In this document: positions 30,119-39,759 of the stretch, in pieces
Layout: the number at the start of each line of letters is the position of its first letter
How positions within the stretch are numbered: position 1 is the first letter of the stretch
Assembly (NCBI GenBank): GCA_038064435.1
Contig: JBBTTC010000004.1
Coordinates: 3,615 to 67,614 of the forward strand
DNA length: 64,000 nt
Source: Patescibacteria group bacterium
Lineage (GTDB): Bacteria > Patescibacteriota > Minisyncoccia > Phycocordibacterales > JACOZG01
Direction: 5' to 3'
The notes under the pieces: generated by a model
Databases searched by the model: none
The model's input: the letters and a program-made list of their open reading frames with translations, nothing else
What the model was told of the DNA's origin: nothing
Translations under genes and position numbers: made by a program

Positions 30119-31096
30119 ATGAACAAAGATGAATTATTGCGTGAATTGGCGTTAAAAATTAGCACGGGCGAGATAAATCGCGAGGAGGTTACCCGCAGTC
30201 TCGGCGGGTCCGCCGCGGCGGATCTAGGCGAGCCAGCAACTCCGGCTCCACACATCGGCTTAACCAAGTGGTTTTATTGGTTGGGCGGCATTATCGCCAT
30301 CGTGGGTATTATTCTTTTTGTTGGTCAGTTTTGGGACGATTTAGGTTCAGCGGCGCGCATCATCGTCACTCTCGGTTTTGGTTTAATCTTGGCTGCCACT
30401 GGCTCGATGCTACTAAAACAAAAACCAAACCAAATGATCGGCTCAATCTTCCACACCTTGGGCGGTTTACTGATTCCGGGTGGAACCATGGTGCTGTTGT
30501 ACGAGCTAGATGTAGACTTATCAACTCTCTGGCCAATTACCATTAGTTTTGGCTTGATATTCGTTTTTTACTTGGCATTAGCGGCCGCGCATAAACGTCC
30601 GATTCTAACTTTCTTTGCCGTCGCCAACGGCACAACTTTCGTCTATCTGCTGATAGAATCACTGATCGAGGGCCGCGCCTACGAGCACGAAAATCTTTAT
30701 GCCTATCTCACCATGATCGTGGGTATAACCTACCTCCTGCTGGCCCAACAATTCAGCCGCGGTTGGAATAAGCAACTGGCCGGGCTATTTAATTTCTTCG
30801 GCAGTGCTGGTTTTTTGGCCGCGGCCGGCTCGCGCATCCCTGACTCGGTACCGTGGCAACTAATTTATGTTCTGTTCGTCTTGGCCATGTTGTTTTGGTC
30901 CATTCGAGCTAAGAGTCGAGGAATTTTGGCTGTTAGCACCATCGCCCTACTGGCGTACATTGGTTTTATTACCCAAGAATACTTCGTTGATTCCATCGGG
31001 TGGCCAATCGCTTTGATAATCCTTGGTTTTGTCTTTATTGGTCTTGGCTACGCTTCAATCAATATCAGCAAAAAATACATTCAGGCCGCCAATTGA
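30119..31096 (+). CDS. DUF2157-like polytopic membrane protein
   Basis: LGGIIAIVGIILFVGQFWDDL and about 9-10 TMs. Confidence 0.75.
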   Translation: MNKDELLRELALKISTGEINREEVTRSLGGSAAADLGEPATPAPHIGLTKWFYWLGGIIAIVGIILFVGQFWDDLGSAARIIVTLGFGLILAATGSMLLKQKPNQMIGSIFHTLGGLLIPGGTMVLLYELDVDLSTLWPITISFGLIFVFYLALAAAHKRPILTFFAVANGTTFVYLLIESLIEGRAYEHENLYAYLTMIVGITYLLLAQQFSRGWNKQLAGLFNFFGSAGFLAAAGSRIPDSVPWQLIYVLFVLAMLFWSIRAKSRGILAVSTIALLAYIGFITQEYFVDSIGWPIALIILGFVFIGLGYASINISKKYIQAAN

Positions 31097-31152
31097 TAGC
31101 TCGCTGGTCTCATTGTCGCTTTTACAGATAAGCTGTGGTAGCATTGGAAAAT

Positions 31153-31644
31153 ATGGAAAATTCAAGAAATGTGGTTATAGGACTTGTGATCTTGCTAGTT
31201 TTAGTAGTTGCTGGCGCCATTTGGCTAGGCCGCGGTGATGAAGCCAACCGGCAAACCGGAGCGGCCAACCAACCCGGCGCTAACGGCCAAGGTGCTAGTG
31301 GTGGTGACGCAACGGTGACTGTCAACGATCAGTTTCCCGGCCAGATTGTTTACTTATCTAACTTGTCCCTACCAACTGGCGGTTGGGTAGTTATTCATGA
31401 AGATGGTGGTGGCGCGCCGGGCGCCGTCGTTGGTCAAAAGTATTTTTCCGCCAGTGATCGCGTAGGTGTGATTAATTTAAATCAAACTACAATTAATGGC
31501 CGCCGCTATTGGGCCATGGTTCATACCGATAACGGTGATGGCATCTTTGATCCGACGGTTGATCTACCGGCGCAAAATGCGGTTGGAGAAAATGTAATGG
31601 TCGGTTTTAACGTCACAACGACTTTGCCGGAAAATAAGGGCTAA
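31153..31644 (+). CDS. Hypothetical exported protein
   Basis: TM followed by GGWVVIH...AMVHTDNGDG.FD...D.P beta-rich domain. Confidence 0.7.
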   Translation: MENSRNVVIGLVILLVLVVAGAIWLGRGDEANRQTGAANQPGANGQGASGGDATVTVNDQFPGQIVYLSNLSLPTGGWVVIHEDGGGAPGAVVGQKYFSASDRVGVINLNQTTINGRRYWAMVHTDNGDGIFDPTVDLPAQNAVGENVMVGFNVTTTLPENKG

Positions 31645-32719
31645 GGGAAGTTCGCCACACATCTCCGCGCCAAGTCCAATCACGATCCATCCCGCCCAAA
31701 AGCCAAACCTGATCCCGCCAAACAATAACTCCGTGATCCTCGCGACCAGCCCAAACGGGCTGGTCGCTAGTTTTTTGCCAGTTAACACCGTCGGCCGTGA
31801 ACCAAACATCATTACCAGTTGTGGGGTAATCTGGCGCCGTCTGCCAACCACCCACCAACCAGAGTTTATCTTGCCAAGCCACTAGGCCCTCCCCGTGCCT
31901 CTCACCCCACGGCGCAATCGCCACTTCCTGTTTCCAGATTAAACCATCGGCCGATGACCACACATCACTCATCGCTCGCTCCTGACCCACCCCAATGCCA
32001 CCAGCTACCCAGAGACGCCCGCGCCACACTTCCATTGCCTGATCGTAGCGCGCCGGCCAAGCCGCGGCTGGCGTTAGTTCGCGCCAACTTATTCCGTCAT
32101 CCGATACCCAAACATCATTAAAAGATCGGCGCTGGTCAAAATTAACTCCGCCAGTCAACACTAATTGATTATTAAAAACACTGACCGTTTGACCTTCGCG
32201 CTCCGGCCACGCGCCCCGGCCAACCCATTGCCACGACACTGCGTCGTCTGAAACCCAAATACCAGTGTGATAACCAGTCACCGAACTCCAACCGCCCATC
32301 AACCATAACTGACCGCGAAATTCAACCACCGACATTGACCGTAATGGCGGCCAAGCGGCGGCCGCAACTTCCTGCCGCCACTCACGACCATCAGCCGTAG
32401 ACCAAATATCGTGATGGTGTGGGAGAGTCCAATAAGCTACTTGGCCGCCGGTCGCGACTGGCGTACCAGTCAAACCACCGGCCAGCCACAATCGATCACG
32501 CCAAGTAAAAACGGCGGCGGCATCACGCGGCCCCCAGGCCGCTGCCGACTCCACTAACTGCCAATTTAGGTTGGGCAATGTCGAGGGCTTGGAGGCGATG
32601 ACGGGCTGACTAATGGCGGCCGGCAAGGACGTTGATTTAGTTATCAGTTTCCCCGTAGCGATTAGGATCAAGCCGAGCACCAAACCAATCAATAGATAAG
32701 TAATTGGAGGCAATTTCAC
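31613..32719 (-). CDS. Kelch-repeat beta-propeller protein
   Basis: Six repeats of W..R...(W/F)...LWL.GG...DVW.S.DG..W. Confidence 0.85.
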   Translation of the reverse strand: MKLPPITYLLIGLVLGLILIATGKLITKSTSLPAAISQPVIASKPSTLPNLNWQLVESAAAWGPRDAAAVFTWRDRLWLAGGLTGTPVATGGQVAYWTLPHHHDIWSTADGREWRQEVAAAAWPPLRSMSVVEFRGQLWLMGGWSSVTGYHTGIWVSDDAVSWQWVGRGAWPEREGQTVSVFNNQLVLTGGVNFDQRRSFNDVWVSDDGISWRELTPAAAWPARYDQAMEVWRGRLWVAGGIGVGQERAMSDVWSSADGLIWKQEVAIAPWGERHGEGLVAWQDKLWLVGGWQTAPDYPTTGNDVWFTADGVNWQKTSDQPVWAGREDHGVIVWRDQVWLLGGMDRDWTWRGDVWRTSLSPYFPAKSL

Positions 32720-32775
32720 TGGCTCAATCTAACACATTTGCTGAAGTCCAGACAACCACGATAAGCTATAGATCA

Positions 32776-34908
32776 ATGTTACTCAACGAACCACTGATCC
32801 GTCATTTCCGCCTCACCGCGGGGCAAAAGGCTGGACTAAGCAAATTAAGGCTGAACACGGCACGTGATTTACTTTTCCATCTGCCGGCTCACTACGGCAT
32901 CGCCGCCACCGAGAAAAACATCGCCCTACTCATCACTGGCGAACAAGTCTCGATCCACGGATTAGTAATCAAAAGCCAAATAACCAAGGCCTGGCGACGG
33001 CGCATCCCCATGGCCGAGATCGTGATCAGTGACGGCACCGGCCAGATCAAAGCACTCTGGTTTCATCAGGCCTATTTAGCCAAAGTGGCCACCATCGGTG
33101 CCACGGTGCGACTAACAGGTAAAGTAGCCGAGTCACGCGCCGGGGAAAAATATTTAGCTAACCCAACCCTGGAGCTGACAACCGGACTGCCCGAGGCGCC
33201 GGCCACGCTTTTTAACCCCAACTCACCGCCCGATCCCCACCTCCAACCAATTTATCCAGAAACACGTGGGTTGTCGTCCCTCTGGCTCACTCACGCCATC
33301 CGCCGCTTAATGACAGAAATAGATTTGGAGCAAGTCACCGACCCCTTGCCAATCGAGATTTTGCGGCGCTATCACCTACCTAGCCTAAACACTGCTCTTA
33401 TTTGGATCCATCAGCCCAAACGGGAGAGCGATGCTCGAGCGGCGCGCAAACGTTTTTCCTTCCAAGAAATTTTTTTCATTCAACTTGAGCGCCAACGCGC
33501 CAAACTACAATATCAAACCAATCACGCTCATCGTCTCGCCATCGCCCAAGAGCCAATAGATGAGTTCGTCAAAAATTTTCCCTTTAGTCTCACCGCCGGG
33601 CAAAATCAAGCCATCCACCAAATCCTCGAAGATCTACGTTCCGACCAACCAATGCTTCGACTACTGGAGGGAGATGTGGGCTCGGGTAAAACGGCCGTGG
33701 CCGCCACCGCGGCCTACGCGGCCATCGCGACAGGCTGGTCGGTGGCCTACATGGCGCCAACCGAGATTTTGGCCCGTCAACACTTCCAGTCCTTCATGAA
33801 CTATTTTGGCCCCAGCGGGATCAATTTGGGGTTAGTTACATCGGGCGAAGCACGCAAATTCCCATCCAAAATCAATCCGCGCGACTCAACCCATGTTCCT
33901 AAAACCCAACTTCTCAAGTGGGTCGCTGACGGTACCATACCGCTAGTGGTCGGCACACACAGCTTATTGGCTGAAGCAGTTAAATTTAAACGTCTGGCTC
34001 TAGTTATTATCGACGAACAACACCGCTTCGGAGTTAAGCAACGAGCCAAACTGGTTAACAAACCGAGCACGGCGGCACCTCACCTACTCTCGATGACGGC
34101 TACACCCATCCCCCGCACCTTGGCGCTCACCATCTACGGCGACCTCGATTTGTCTGTCCTCGCCGAGTCGCCGCCGGGGCGGCGACGAGCAATTACCACG
34201 ATAGTGGCCGAGGCCGAACGCCCGGCCGTTTACCAAAACATTAAGCTCGAACTGGCCGCCGGGCGCCAGGCCTACGTCATTTGCCCGCGCATCGACGAGG
34301 AAGATGGGGATAATAAGTTAGAATTGAAATCTGCTAAGAGTGAACTACGACGTCTCCAAACCAAAATTTTTCCCGACTTTCGTCTCGGCTTGATTCATGG
34401 CCGACTAAAATTAAAGAATAAGGATGAAGTTATGGCCAACTTTACCGCCGGTCAAATTGATATTTTGGTCTCCACCTCGGTTGTCGAAGTAGGCGTTGAT
34501 GTACCCAACTCTACCATCATAATCATTGAAGGTGCTGAGCGTTTTGGCCTAGCTCAACTGCATCAACTTCGCGGCCGGGTGGAAAGGAGCCAGCATCAAG
34601 CTTACTGTTATTTATTTAGCGAACGCCTGAATGGAAAATCCTTGGCCCGACTACGAGCACTGGAGAAAGCCGAGAGTGGTTTTGCGTTGGCCGAACTGGA
34701 CCTCAAGTTGCGCGGCAGTGGCTCACTTAGCGGCGCCAAGCAATGGGGTCTCTCGGACATTGGTATGGAGGCTATCCAAAATATAAAAATGGTCGAAGCC
34801 GCACAGAAAGAAGCCAAGACCTTACTAACCCTCGATCCGGAACTAAAATCTTATCCCGAACTAGCCAAGCAAGTAGCTAGTGATCAGACCACCCAACATT
34901 GGGAGTAA
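32776..34908 (+). CDS. recG: ATP-dependent DNA helicase RecG
   Basis: GDVGSGKT, DEQHRFG, MTATPIPRTL, QLHQLRGRV. Confidence 0.96.
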   Translation: MLLNEPLIRHFRLTAGQKAGLSKLRLNTARDLLFHLPAHYGIAATEKNIALLITGEQVSIHGLVIKSQITKAWRRRIPMAEIVISDGTGQIKALWFHQAYLAKVATIGATVRLTGKVAESRAGEKYLANPTLELTTGLPEAPATLFNPNSPPDPHLQPIYPETRGLSSLWLTHAIRRLMTEIDLEQVTDPLPIEILRRYHLPSLNTALIWIHQPKRESDARAARKRFSFQEIFFIQLERQRAKLQYQTNHAHRLAIAQEPIDEFVKNFPFSLTAGQNQAIHQILEDLRSDQPMLRLLEGDVGSGKTAVAATAAYAAIATGWSVAYMAPTEILARQHFQSFMNYFGPSGINLGLVTSGEARKFPSKINPRDSTHVPKTQLLKWVADGTIPLVVGTHSLLAEAVKFKRLALVIIDEQHRFGVKQRAKLVNKPSTAAPHLLSMTATPIPRTLALTIYGDLDLSVLAESPPGRRRAITTIVAEAERPAVYQNIKLELAAGRQAYVICPRIDEEDGDNKLELKSAKSELRRLQTKIFPDFRLGLIHGRLKLKNKDEVMANFTAGQIDILVSTSVVEVGVDVPNSTIIIIEGAERFGLAQLHQLRGRVERSQHQAYCYLFSERLNGKSLARLRALEKAESGFALAELDLKLRGSGSLSGAKQWGLSDIGMEAIQNIKMVEAAQKEAKTLLTLDPELKSYPELAKQVASDQTTQHWE

Positions 34909-36036
34909 CTACTCAATCACAAAACTGGCGTCACTCAAATCACTAAAACCGGGAGTGTTGTAGTAGCAGTAAGCGTGGCACGCGATGTACATCTTGTAAT
35001 TTCCGGGTGTCAACGTGGTGGGAATCGTCCAACTATAATCGCCATCGTTATTTAACATAGTAAAAAGATTAACAACAGCCGCTGGATCATTGCTTGGTAA
35101 ATCCTGATTGAATAAATCGAGGCGGATAAAACTATTGAGATCTGCTCCCGTCCAACGAACCACCTGCGCGGTGCCACGCGGCCAAACCTCACCGCCGTTG
35201 GGCGCAACCACAGTGACGGGTAAACTGGGAATTTGCATGATGAAGGGCTGACCATTAACCCCACAACGTTGGCCATCGGCAGTGTTGCTGTAATAATCAT
35301 CAAGACAAATCCAAATGTTGTAACGCCCTGATCTAGTAACTCGCGTGCCGTCGGCCGCTAAGCCCACCGACCAATCAAAACGTCCATCGTTAGAAGTGGT
35401 AGCGATGTGATGCAGATCGTCCTCGCCTTCGGCCTGAAAAGCTATGGCCACATTGGCACTGGCACTATTGGCATTCCAAAAAATGGCCTGACTAGAATCC
35501 ACAAACCAAAGCTCGCCACCATTGGGAGTGGTCAACGCGATCGTATCGGGAATGGTCATGGTGGTTACCCAAAAATAATTATTGCTGGCATCACAAACCG
35601 TTCCGGCGCAAACCTGCAAATGATAAGCGCCATCGGTAATGTAACTACCGCTGGACAATCTTCCCGCCAACCAAGAATAAGATCCGGAATTAATGACGTT
35701 GCTGGCTATCGTGCGACTGGGACCGTTTTCCACCAATAGCTTGATGGTTACTGCCGTGGCATCAAATCCGTAATTATTCCAACTCACCACATGGCTAGTG
35801 CCACGTAACCAAACCTCTCCCCCGTTCGGAGCAGTTACTCGTGGTAATGACACAGGGGCATAGTCAATCAATTTAGTTTGCCCAATGGCCAGAGATGACT
35901 GGTCTGGACTATGAACCTGCCATAAACGCAATTGCTGGATTAATTGCCCGAACAAATCACTTTCGGCTCGAGCAAAAACTGGAACAAACAAGGTAAATAA
36001 GAGCAACGTCCCGCACAAAATTTTTATTTTTGTCAT
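34909..36036 (-). CDS. Secreted protein with three PNGGE-type Ig-like repeats
   Basis: Signal peptide; three PNGGE(V/L)W...W...N.G...W repeats. Confidence 0.8.
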   Translation of the reverse strand: MTKIKILCGTLLLFTLFVPVFARAESDLFGQLIQQLRLWQVHSPDQSSLAIGQTKLIDYAPVSLPRVTAPNGGEVWLRGTSHVVSWNNYGFDATAVTIKLLVENGPSRTIASNVINSGSYSWLAGRLSSGSYITDGAYHLQVCAGTVCDASNNYFWVTTMTIPDTIALTTPNGGELWFVDSSQAIFWNANSASANVAIAFQAEGEDDLHHIATTSNDGRFDWSVGLAADGTRVTRSGRYNIWICLDDYYSNTADGQRCGVNGQPFIMQIPSLPVTVVAPNGGEVWPRGTAQVVRWTGADLNSFIRLDLFNQDLPSNDPAAVVNLFTMLNNDGDYSWTIPTTLTPGNYKMYIACHAYCYYNTPGFSDLSDASFVIE

Positions 36037-36097
36037 GCTAAAATATTATTTTGCCTTTCATCATATCATAATCTATAGTGAAGAGCGAGGCGCGTCA

Positions 36098-36142
36098 GCA
36101 CGTGTAGCTCAGCGGTAGAGTCCGCCGCGGCGGATACACGCC
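36098..36142 (+). repeat. tRNA-Ile 5' fragment fused to a palindrome
   Basis: 24 nt identical to tRNA 36390-36413, then CCGCCGCGGCGG, then ATACACGCC. Confidence 0.9.
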
Positions 36143-36156
36143 ATTTGCGTTAAAAT

Positions 36157-36399
36157 ATGTTTACGGTATATATTTTACAAAATCAAGTCGGAAAATTGTA
36201 TACTGGCCAAACAAAAAACTTTGAAACAAGGCTAATCGAACATAATGTGACTGGTCATGGCTATACTGCTAAACATCGCCCATGGAAGGTGGTGCTGATG
36301 GAAAAATACCAGAATCGCACCGAAGCGATGAAACGAGAAAAATATCTGAAAACTGGGGCGGGGCGCGACTGGATAAAAAGACAATTATTGCACGTGTAG
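36157..36399 (+). CDS. Stand-alone GIY-YIG endonuclease
   Basis: VYIL...LYTGQT...RL.EHN...YT...RPW...A..RE.YLK.G.GR. Confidence 0.92.
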   Translation: MFTVYILQNQVGKLYTGQTKNFETRLIEHNVTGHGYTAKHRPWKVVLMEKYQNRTEAMKREKYLKTGAGRDWIKRQLLHV

Positions 36400-36461
36400 C
36401 TCAGCGGTAGAGTAGGCGTCTTATACACGCCCGGTCCCTGGTTCGAATCCAGGCACGTGCA
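36390..36461 (+). tRNA. tRNA-Ile(TAT)
   Basis: GCACGTG/CACGTGC acceptor; GGCGT-CTTATAC-ACGCC anticodon arm; GGTTCGAATCC. Confidence 0.9.
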
Positions 36462-36484
36462 TCCTACAAAAAGACCAGTTCGAT

Positions 36485-36513
36485 GGTAGAGTCCGCCGCG
36501 GCGGGCACGTGCA
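36485..36513 (+). repeat. tRNA-Ile internal-deletion fragment fused to a palindrome
   Basis: GGTAGAGT + CCGCCGCGGCGG + GCACGTGCA. Confidence 0.85.
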
Positions 36514-38403
36514 CTAGAGAAGAGGTTTTTCGATCACTTCTTTGCGTTTGGGTTTAATGCCATGAGAGACGAGCAGGGCATTGAAGTCTTCGTGATCGAT
36601 TGTTTCCACCTTAATTAATTCCTCCGACAGCGCATCGAGAATCAAACGGTGATTGGTGAGCACCTTCTTGGCCTCGGCCAAAGCCTCGGCCATAATGCGC
36701 GACACTTCTTGATCCACGAGTGCCAACACTGCTTCGGACGAATACTTTTCAGTGATGCCGCCTAAACCGGAGAAGGATTTTTGGCTACCGGCCTCGGTGG
36801 CAATAGGACCAATCTTGTCGCTCATGCCATATTTCGTCACCATATTGCGCGCCACATAGGTGGCCACGGCAATATCGTTGGCCGCGCCAGTAGTAATGTC
36901 GCCAAAAATTATTTGTTCGGCGGCATAGCCGCCGAGCGATACGGCGATCTCATCCAAAAATTCTTTTTTTGATTCCAATTTTTTATCCTCAAACGGCAAC
37001 TTGAGCGTGTAACCGGCGGCATGACCGCGAGAAATAATTGACACCTTGTGCACCGGATCAGAAAAGGGCAAAATCGAAGCGATCAAGGCGTGACCCATTT
37101 CGTGATAAGCCGTGATGCGTTTTTCGCGCTCAGATAAAATATGACTTTTGCGTTCCGGCCCAAGCAAAACTTTTTCGACTGACCGGACTAGGTCATATTG
37201 CGTGATTTGTTTACGATTTTCGCGTGCGGCCAAAATGGCCGCCTCGTTCATTAAATTGGCCAAGTCAGCACCCGAGAAACCGGGAGTGCGCTCAGCGATC
37301 ACCGTTAAATTAACGTCTTCACCCATCGGCTTTTTGTGACCATAAATTTTTAAAATCGCCGCGCGATCTTTAATGTCTGGTTTATCCAGCAATACTCGCC
37401 GATCAAAACGGCCGGGCCGAAGCAGAGCCGAATCGAGCACATCGGGCCGGTTGGTGGCCGCCATAACGATCAACTTCTCATTGGGCTCAAAACCATCCAT
37501 CTCGACCAAAATTTGATTGAGCGTCTGCTCGCGTTCATCGTTACCACCGCCCAAACCCGAACCACGATGCCGGCCGATAGCATCAATTTCGTCAATAAAG
37601 ATGATGGCCGGCGCGGCGCGCTTGGCCAAGCGAAACAGGTCGCGCACTCGGCTAGCGCCGACGCCCACGAACATCTCCACGAACTCGGAGCCAGAAAGAT
37701 AAAAAAACGGTACGCCAGCTTCGCCAGCCACAGCTCGGGCCAACAGAGTTTTGCCGGTGCCGGGCGCACCGGTGAGCAACACGCCCTTAGGAATCTTAGC
37801 GCCGATGTCGAGAAACTTTTTGGGATTTTTAAGAAAATCAACAATTTCCAATAACTCCTCCTTGGCCTCGCGCACACCAGCCACGTCTTTGAAAGTGATC
37901 TTTTGTTTTTTGTCTTTAGGGTCAATCACCCGCGCCTTGGACTGGCCGAAGGAAAAAGCCTGGACACTGGCTCCACGCAACTGGCGCGAGATCAGCCAGA
38001 AAATTAAAAACAAAAACAGCACCGGCAAAATAAATGGCAGGAGATTGAGCAACCAAAAGCTCAAACCGGTTGGATTGCTGATCTCAATGGTCACCTGCCC
38101 CAGCGCCTCGGCCGACACGCCGTAATTGGCGAGGGTATCGGAGAGCGATGTTTCCACCTCCTTTTGCGATCGCTTACTAGTACCATCTTTAAATCCCACG
38201 GTTAGCGCATCACCTCGTACTTCGATTTTTTCCACCTGACCCACTCGCACCGCCGTGGCTAGTTCGGAAATGGTAATGTTGTCAGTCGTCGTTCGATTCT
38301 CGATAATTAACGAGTAAACACCAACTAAAACCATCAAAATTAAGATGGTTGAAACAACCTGCCGTCCGAACTGGTTCATGATTTTACCCCTAGGTTTTTC
38401 CAT
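36514..38403 (-). CDS. ftsH: ATP-dependent zinc metalloprotease FtsH
   Basis: Two TMs, [22 protein letters not shown]. Confidence 0.98.
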   Translation of the reverse strand: MEKPRGKIMNQFGRQVVSTILILMVLVGVYSLIIENRTTTDNITISELATAVRVGQVEKIEVRGDALTVGFKDGTSKRSQKEVETSLSDTLANYGVSAEALGQVTIEISNPTGLSFWLLNLLPFILPVLFLFLIFWLISRQLRGASVQAFSFGQSKARVIDPKDKKQKITFKDVAGVREAKEELLEIVDFLKNPKKFLDIGAKIPKGVLLTGAPGTGKTLLARAVAGEAGVPFFYLSGSEFVEMFVGVGASRVRDLFRLAKRAAPAIIFIDEIDAIGRHRGSGLGGGNDEREQTLNQILVEMDGFEPNEKLIVMAATNRPDVLDSALLRPGRFDRRVLLDKPDIKDRAAILKIYGHKKPMGEDVNLTVIAERTPGFSGADLANLMNEAAILAARENRKQITQYDLVRSVEKVLLGPERKSHILSEREKRITAYHEMGHALIASILPFSDPVHKVSIISRGHAAGYTLKLPFEDKKLESKKEFLDEIAVSLGGYAAEQIIFGDITTGAANDIAVATYVARNMVTKYGMSDKIGPIATEAGSQKSFSGLGGITEKYSSEAVLALVDQEVSRIMAEALAEAKKVLTNHRLILDALSEELIKVETIDHEDFNALLVSHGIKPKRKEVIEKPLL

Positions 38404-38482
38404 TGCCTAAATGCTCTTGTGCCTGATTATACAAAAAAAGTCTGACATGGAAAGAAAAACGAGCTAGAATGCTAACTGTATC

Positions 38483-38935
38483 ATGGTTTATGTGAAGAAT
38501 GACAAAGCTTATTTTGATTACGACCTGCTCGAAAAATTCGAGGCCGGCCTGCAATTGTTGGGCCTGGAGGTAAAGAGTCTCAAGCTTGGTCGAGCCCAAC
38601 TGCCGGGGTCACACGTGATTATCCGTGGCGGCGAAGCCTTTTGGGTGGGCGGCATGATTCATCCCTACCAACCGGCTAACACACCAGATGATTATGATCC
38701 TAGTCGCACGCGCAAGTTGCTGTTAAGTAAAAAAGAAATCGCGCATCTGCAGGTTAAGAGCCAGGCCGAAGGATTGACAATCATACCACTTTCGGTTTAT
38801 AGTAAGGGTCGGCAGATTAAATTAGAAATTGCCCTAGCGCGCGGGCGCAAAAAGTTTGATAAACGACAGGTGTTGAAAAAGCGCGTCGCCGAACGCGACA
38901 TAGATCGGGCGCTTAAGGGTCGCCGAGATTTTTGA
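38483..38935 (+). CDS. smpB: SsrA-binding protein
   Basis: EAGLQL.G.EVKS, RTRKLLL.KKEI, GRKKFDKR. Confidence 0.96.
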   Translation: MVYVKNDKAYFDYDLLEKFEAGLQLLGLEVKSLKLGRAQLPGSHVIIRGGEAFWVGGMIHPYQPANTPDDYDPSRTRKLLLSKKEIAHLQVKSQAEGLTIIPLSVYSKGRQIKLEIALARGRKKFDKRQVLKKRVAERDIDRALKGRRDF

Positions 38936-38947
38936 CAATTGATTTTT

Positions 38948-39322
38948 GGGGATGATCGGCCTCGACATTTAGTGTTGCTGGTTCGGGCAGGTCGAGTTCT
39001 CTGGATACTCGTTAAACACCGGAAAAGCATAAGTGTAAACTTATCGTCTACGGGTAGTCGGGGTGTGGCTTCGCCATATCCTGTTACCCCCTCTTTCGCC
39101 TTAGGCTAAAGAGCATCAGCGCTGGAGACTTCCGATATCTGGACGCTGGTGTTATATCTTCGGGATAGTTGGCGCGACGCCTCGGCGCGCTGGCGAACCA
39201 TAGAGGCACAGATCGGGCGGGTTTTGACTGTTCGGCCCCGCTCGAACTTAATTAAACAGTCTAAGCTTGTAGATCGCACCACTAACCCTATTTGCACCCG
39301 GGTTCGATTCCCGGCATCTCCA
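38948..39322 (+). ncRNA. ssrA: tmRNA
   Basis: GGGGATG...CATCTCCA with G3.U wobble, T-loop GGTTCGATTCC, tag ORF 39035-39109, adjacent to smpB. Confidence 0.93.
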
Positions 39323-39480
39323 CTCATTAAAACATTAGCGTCCTTCGGGGCGCTTTTGTTTTTTGAGTGGAGATGAGTCCGCCGCGGCGGACGTCCGGGA
39401 ATCGAACGCCGGAGCGAGCGAAGGTGAGCGAGGCGGGGTCACGACCGCCGCGAGTACGCGGCGAGTTGTGACCGATTCCC
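39323..39480. repeat. tRNA-trailing structured element, copy 2 (includes terminator-like hairpin near 39338-39364)
   Basis: Split antisense copy of the tmRNA 3' end plus shared motifs with 19920-20083. Confidence 0.75.
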
Positions 39481-39502
39481 CCATTCGAGCTAAAATAACC
39501 CC

Positions 39503-39742
39503 ATGGCTGAGAAAATTGTAAAAGTAAAAGTTAATGCCGGTGCGAAAACGGAAAAGTTGGTGGAGATCGAGCCGGATGTATTTAGGATTAGAGTGCAGGA
39601 ACCGCCAGAAAAAGGCCGGGCCAACAACCGCGTGGCCGAACTATTGGCCGCTCACTTTAAAATCCCAAAATCAAGCGTGTGTTTGATCAGCGGCGCCGTT
39701 TACCGCGAAAAAATATTTTCGATTGATTTAATGCCCGGATAA
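39503..39742 (+). CDS. DUF167/YggU family protein
   Basis: VKVNAGAK...PPEKGRAN...LISG...REK. Confidence 0.88.
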   Translation: MAEKIVKVKVNAGAKTEKLVEIEPDVFRIRVQEPPEKGRANNRVAELLAAHFKIPKSSVCLISGAVYREKIFSIDLMPG

Positions 39743-39759
39743 TAAAAAACAAGACAGAA

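Noticed and set aside
36098-36461. Intron-split or permuted tRNA around the GIY-YIG gene
   Set aside because: The downstream tRNA is complete on its own, and no group I intron core is evident in the short flanks.
39106-39376. ORFs inside the tmRNA
   Set aside because: Shadow frames of the ssrA gene.
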